DNA of 64,000 nucleotides from Escherichia coli (GTDB lineage Bacteria; Pseudomonadota; Gammaproteobacteria; Enterobacterales; Enterobacteriaceae): NCBI RefSeq assembly GCF_011045215.1, contig NZ_CP049201.1; one strand, 5' to 3'. Shown piece by piece: positions 61,114 to 64,000 of this stretch (position 1 is its first letter; each line of letters starts with the position of its first letter). The notes under the pieces were generated by a model. It saw only the letters and a program-made list of their open reading frames with translations, ran no database searches and was not told where the DNA came from. The position numbers and the translations under genes were made by a program.

Positions 61114-62277
61114 ATGCTGAGACACAACGTTCCTGTGCGACGGGATCTGGACCAAATCGCCGCTGACAACGGTTTCGACTTTCATATCATCGACAATGAA
61201 ATCTATTGGGACGAGAGTCGGGCTTACCGTTTTACTCTGCGCCAGATTGAAGAGCAGATCGAAAAACCGACTGCGGAACTGCATCAGATGTGCCTTGAGG
61301 TGGTGGATCGCGCGGTTAAAGACGAAGAGATCCTGACGCAACTGGCGATCCCTCCGTTGTACTGGGATGTGATCGCTGAAAGCTGGCGCGCACGCGATCC
61401 TTCGCTGTATGGCCGGATGGATTTTGCCTGGTGTGGCAATGCGCCGGTGAAGCTGCTGGAGTACAACGCCGATACGCCGACCTCGTTGTATGAGTCGGCT
61501 TATTTCCAGTGGTTGTGGCTAGAGGATGCCCGGCGCAGCGGCATTATTCCGCGTGATGCCGATCAGTACAATGCCATTCAGGAACGCCTGATTTCGCGCT
61601 TTAGTGAGCTTTACAGTCGGGAGCCGTTTTATTTCTGCTGCTGTCAGGACACCGATGAAGACAGGACTACCGTGCTGTACTTGCAGGACTGCGCCCAGCA
61701 GGCAGGGCAGGAGTCGCGGTTTATCTACATTGAAGATCTCGGTTTGGGCGTCGGCGGCGTACTGACCGATCTTGATGATAATGTCATCCAGCGTGCATTT
61801 AAGCTGTATCCGCTGGAGTGGATGATGCGTGACGATAACGGTCCGCTGCTGCGCAAGCGTCGCGAGCAATGGGTGGAGCCGTTATGGAAAAGTATCTTGA
61901 GTAATAAAGGGCTAATGCCGCTGCTTTGGCGCTTCTTCCCTGGTCATCCTAACCTTCTTGCATCCTGGTTTGAGGGTGAAAAACCGCAGATTGCCGCTGG
62001 CGAAAGCTATGTGCGTAAACCGATCTACTCGCGCGAAGGCGGAAATGTCACCATTTTCGACGGCCAGAATAACGTCGTTGACCACGCTGATGGTGATTAC
62101 GCCGATGAACCGATGATCTACCAGGCGTTTCAACCTCTGCCGCGGTTTGGCGATAGCTACACACTCATCGGTAGCTGGATTGTCGATGATGAAGCGTGCG
62201 GAATGGGGATTCGTGAAGATAACACACTGATCACCAAAGACACCTCACGTTTCGTTCCGCATTACATTGCTGGATAA
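61114..62277 (+). CDS. yjfC: Glutathionylspermidine-synthetase-like ATP-grasp protein YjfC
   Basis: Start MLRHNVPVRRDLDQ; 387 aa. Confidence 0.85.
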   Translation: MLRHNVPVRRDLDQIAADNGFDFHIIDNEIYWDESRAYRFTLRQIEEQIEKPTAELHQMCLEVVDRAVKDEEILTQLAIPPLYWDVIAESWRARDPSLYGRMDFAWCGNAPVKLLEYNADTPTSLYESAYFQWLWLEDARRSGIIPRDADQYNAIQERLISRFSELYSREPFYFCCCQDTDEDRTTVLYLQDCAQQAGQESRFIYIEDLGLGVGGVLTDLDDNVIQRAFKLYPLEWMMRDDNGPLLRKRREQWVEPLWKSILSNKGLMPLLWRFFPGHPNLLASWFEGEKPQIAAGESYVRKPIYSREGGNVTIFDGQNNVVDHADGDYADEPMIYQAFQPLPRFGDSYTLIGSWIVDDEACGMGIREDNTLITKDTSRFVPHYIAG

Positions 62278-62360
62278 GAATGTTTTAGCAATCTCTTTCT
62301 GTCATGAATCCATGGCAGTGACCATACTAATGGTGACTGCCATTGATGGAGGGAGACACA

Positions 62361-63986
62361 GTGCACTGGCAAACTCACACCGTTTTTAATCAACCTATAC
62401 CATTAAATAACAGCAACTTATACCTGTCTGATGGCGCGCTTTGCGAAGCGGTAACGCGTGAAGGTGCTGGCTGGGATAGCGATTTTCTAGCCAGTATTGG
62501 TCAGCAGTTAGGAACGGCTGAATCCCTTGAACTGGGGCGGCTGGCGAATGTGAATCCGCCTGAATTATTGCGCTACGATGCGCAAGGACGCCGTCTGGAC
62601 GATGTGCGTTTTCACCCCGCCTGGCACCTGCTGATGCAGGCGCTATGTACCAATCGGGTGCACAATCTTGCCTGGGAAGAAGACGCTCGCTCCGGCGCAT
62701 TTGTGGCGCGCGCGGCGCGTTTTATGTTGCACGCACAGGTTGAGGCGGGGTCGTTATGTCCAATAACGATGACCTTTGCCGCCACGCCATTGTTGTTACA
62801 GATGTTACCCACGCCGTTTCAGGACTGGACCACGCCGCTGTTGAGCGATCGCTACGATTCTCACTTATTGCCAGGTGGGCAAAAACGCGGTTTGTTGATT
62901 GGCATGGGAATGACGGAAAAGCAGGGCGGTTCCGATGTCATGAGCAACACCACCCGCGCAGAGCGTCTGGAGGATGGCTCTTATCGGCTGGTGGGGCATA
63001 AATGGTTTTTCTCGGTTCCGCAAAGCGATGCGCATCTGGTGCTGGCGCAGACCGCGGGCGGTTTGTCCTGCTTTTTTGTGCCGCGCTTTTTGCCTGACGG
63101 GCAACGCAACGCGATTCGCCTCGAGCGGCTGAAAGATAAGCTGGGTAATCGCTCTAACGCCAGTTGTGAAGTGGAGTTTCAGGATGCCATTGGCTGGTTA
63201 TTGGGGCAGGAAGGGGAAGGAATTCGTCTGATCCTGAAAATGGGGGGGATGACGCGTTTTGATTGCGCCCTGGGTAGCCATGCCATGATGCGCCGTGCGT
63301 TCTCGCTGGCGATTTATCATGCGCATCAACGCCATGTTTTTGGTAATCCATTGATCCAACAGCCCCTTATGCGTCATGTCTTAAGTCGCATGGCACTTCA
63401 GCTTGAAGGGCAAACGGCGTTGCTGTTTCGTCTTGCGCGAGCGTGGGACCGGCGAGCCGATGCCAAAGAAGCCCTGTGGGCGCGTTTATTTACGCCTGCG
63501 GCAAAATTTGTGATCTGCAAACGAGGTATGCCGTTTGTGGCCGAAGCGATGGAGGTGCTGGGCGGCATTGGTTATTGCGAGGAGAGCGAGCTGCCGCGGC
63601 TTTACCGGGAGATGCCGGTAAACAGTATTTGGGAAGGTTCCGGCAATATTATGTGCCTGGATGTGCTGCGCGTTCTCAATAAGCAAGCGGGCGTATACGA
63701 CTTATTGTCGGAAGCATTTGTGGAAGTGAAAGGGCAGGATCGCTATTTTGATCGCGCGGTTCGTCGTTTACAGCAGCAGCTGCGTAAGCCAGCTGAAGAA
63801 CTGGGGCGAGAGATTACTCATCAGCTATTCCTGCTGGGCTGCGGTGCGCAAATGTTGAAATATGCCTCTCCGCCAATGGCGCAGGCGTGGTGTCAGGTGA
63901 TGTTAGATACGCGCGGCGGCGTACGGTTGTCAGAGCAGATCCAGAATGATTTATTGCTGCGGGCGACGGGGGGAGTGTGTGTGTAA
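62361..63986 (+). CDS. aidB: Acyl-CoA-dehydrogenase-like adaptive-response protein AidB (GTG start as in K-12; an in-frame ATG exists at 62346)
   Basis: HWQTHTVFNQPIPLNNSNLYLSDGAL... Confidence 0.9.
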   Translation: MHWQTHTVFNQPIPLNNSNLYLSDGALCEAVTREGAGWDSDFLASIGQQLGTAESLELGRLANVNPPELLRYDAQGRRLDDVRFHPAWHLLMQALCTNRVHNLAWEEDARSGAFVARAARFMLHAQVEAGSLCPITMTFAATPLLLQMLPTPFQDWTTPLLSDRYDSHLLPGGQKRGLLIGMGMTEKQGGSDVMSNTTRAERLEDGSYRLVGHKWFFSVPQSDAHLVLAQTAGGLSCFFVPRFLPDGQRNAIRLERLKDKLGNRSNASCEVEFQDAIGWLLGQEGEGIRLILKMGGMTRFDCALGSHAMMRRAFSLAIYHAHQRHVFGNPLIQQPLMRHVLSRMALQLEGQTALLFRLARAWDRRADAKEALWARLFTPAAKFVICKRGMPFVAEAMEVLGGIGYCEESELPRLYREMPVNSIWEGSGNIMCLDVLRVLNKQAGVYDLLSEAFVEVKGQDRYFDRAVRRLQQQLRKPAEELGREITHQLFLLGCGAQMLKYASPPMAQAWCQVMLDTRGGVRLSEQIQNDLLLRATGGVCV

Positions 63987-64000
63987 GCGTATACGACTGA

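Overview
This window is Escherichia coli-type chromosome corresponding to the K-12 pheU to aidB segment, in K-12 orientation. From about 11.4 kb rightwards it is conserved backbone: pheU, yjdC, dsbD, cutA, dcuA, aspA, fxsA, yjeH, groES-groEL, yjeI, yjeJ, epmB, efp, ecnAB, gdx(sugE), blc, ampC, frdDCBA, epmA, yjeM, mscM, psd, rsgA, orn, one tRNA-Gly, a datA-like DnaA-box cluster, queG, nnr, tsaE, amiB, mutL, miaA, hfq, hflXKC, yjeT, purA, nsrR, rnr, rlmB, yjfIJKLMC and aidB. The left 11.4 kb is not K-12 backbone: it is a mosaic genomic island abutting the 3' end of tRNA-Phe (pheU), whose left boundary lies outside the window. Read from the tRNA leftwards it carries a 330-aa tyrosine recombinase, then a translationally coupled pair (a compact UvrD-like SF1 helicase and a 521-aa protein with no motif I can recognise), then an AT-rich module with a MarA/SoxS/RamA-like regulator, an 850-aa autotransporter, a beta-barrel-like ORF broken by an in-frame stop, and an EAL-domain protein. 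The helicase/partner pair is my best candidate for an undescribed system (possibly phage defence), but this is inference from motifs and context only. All calls are made by eye from the translations and sequence; no database search or computation was run, and gene names for the backbone rest on my recognition of the K-12 proteins.
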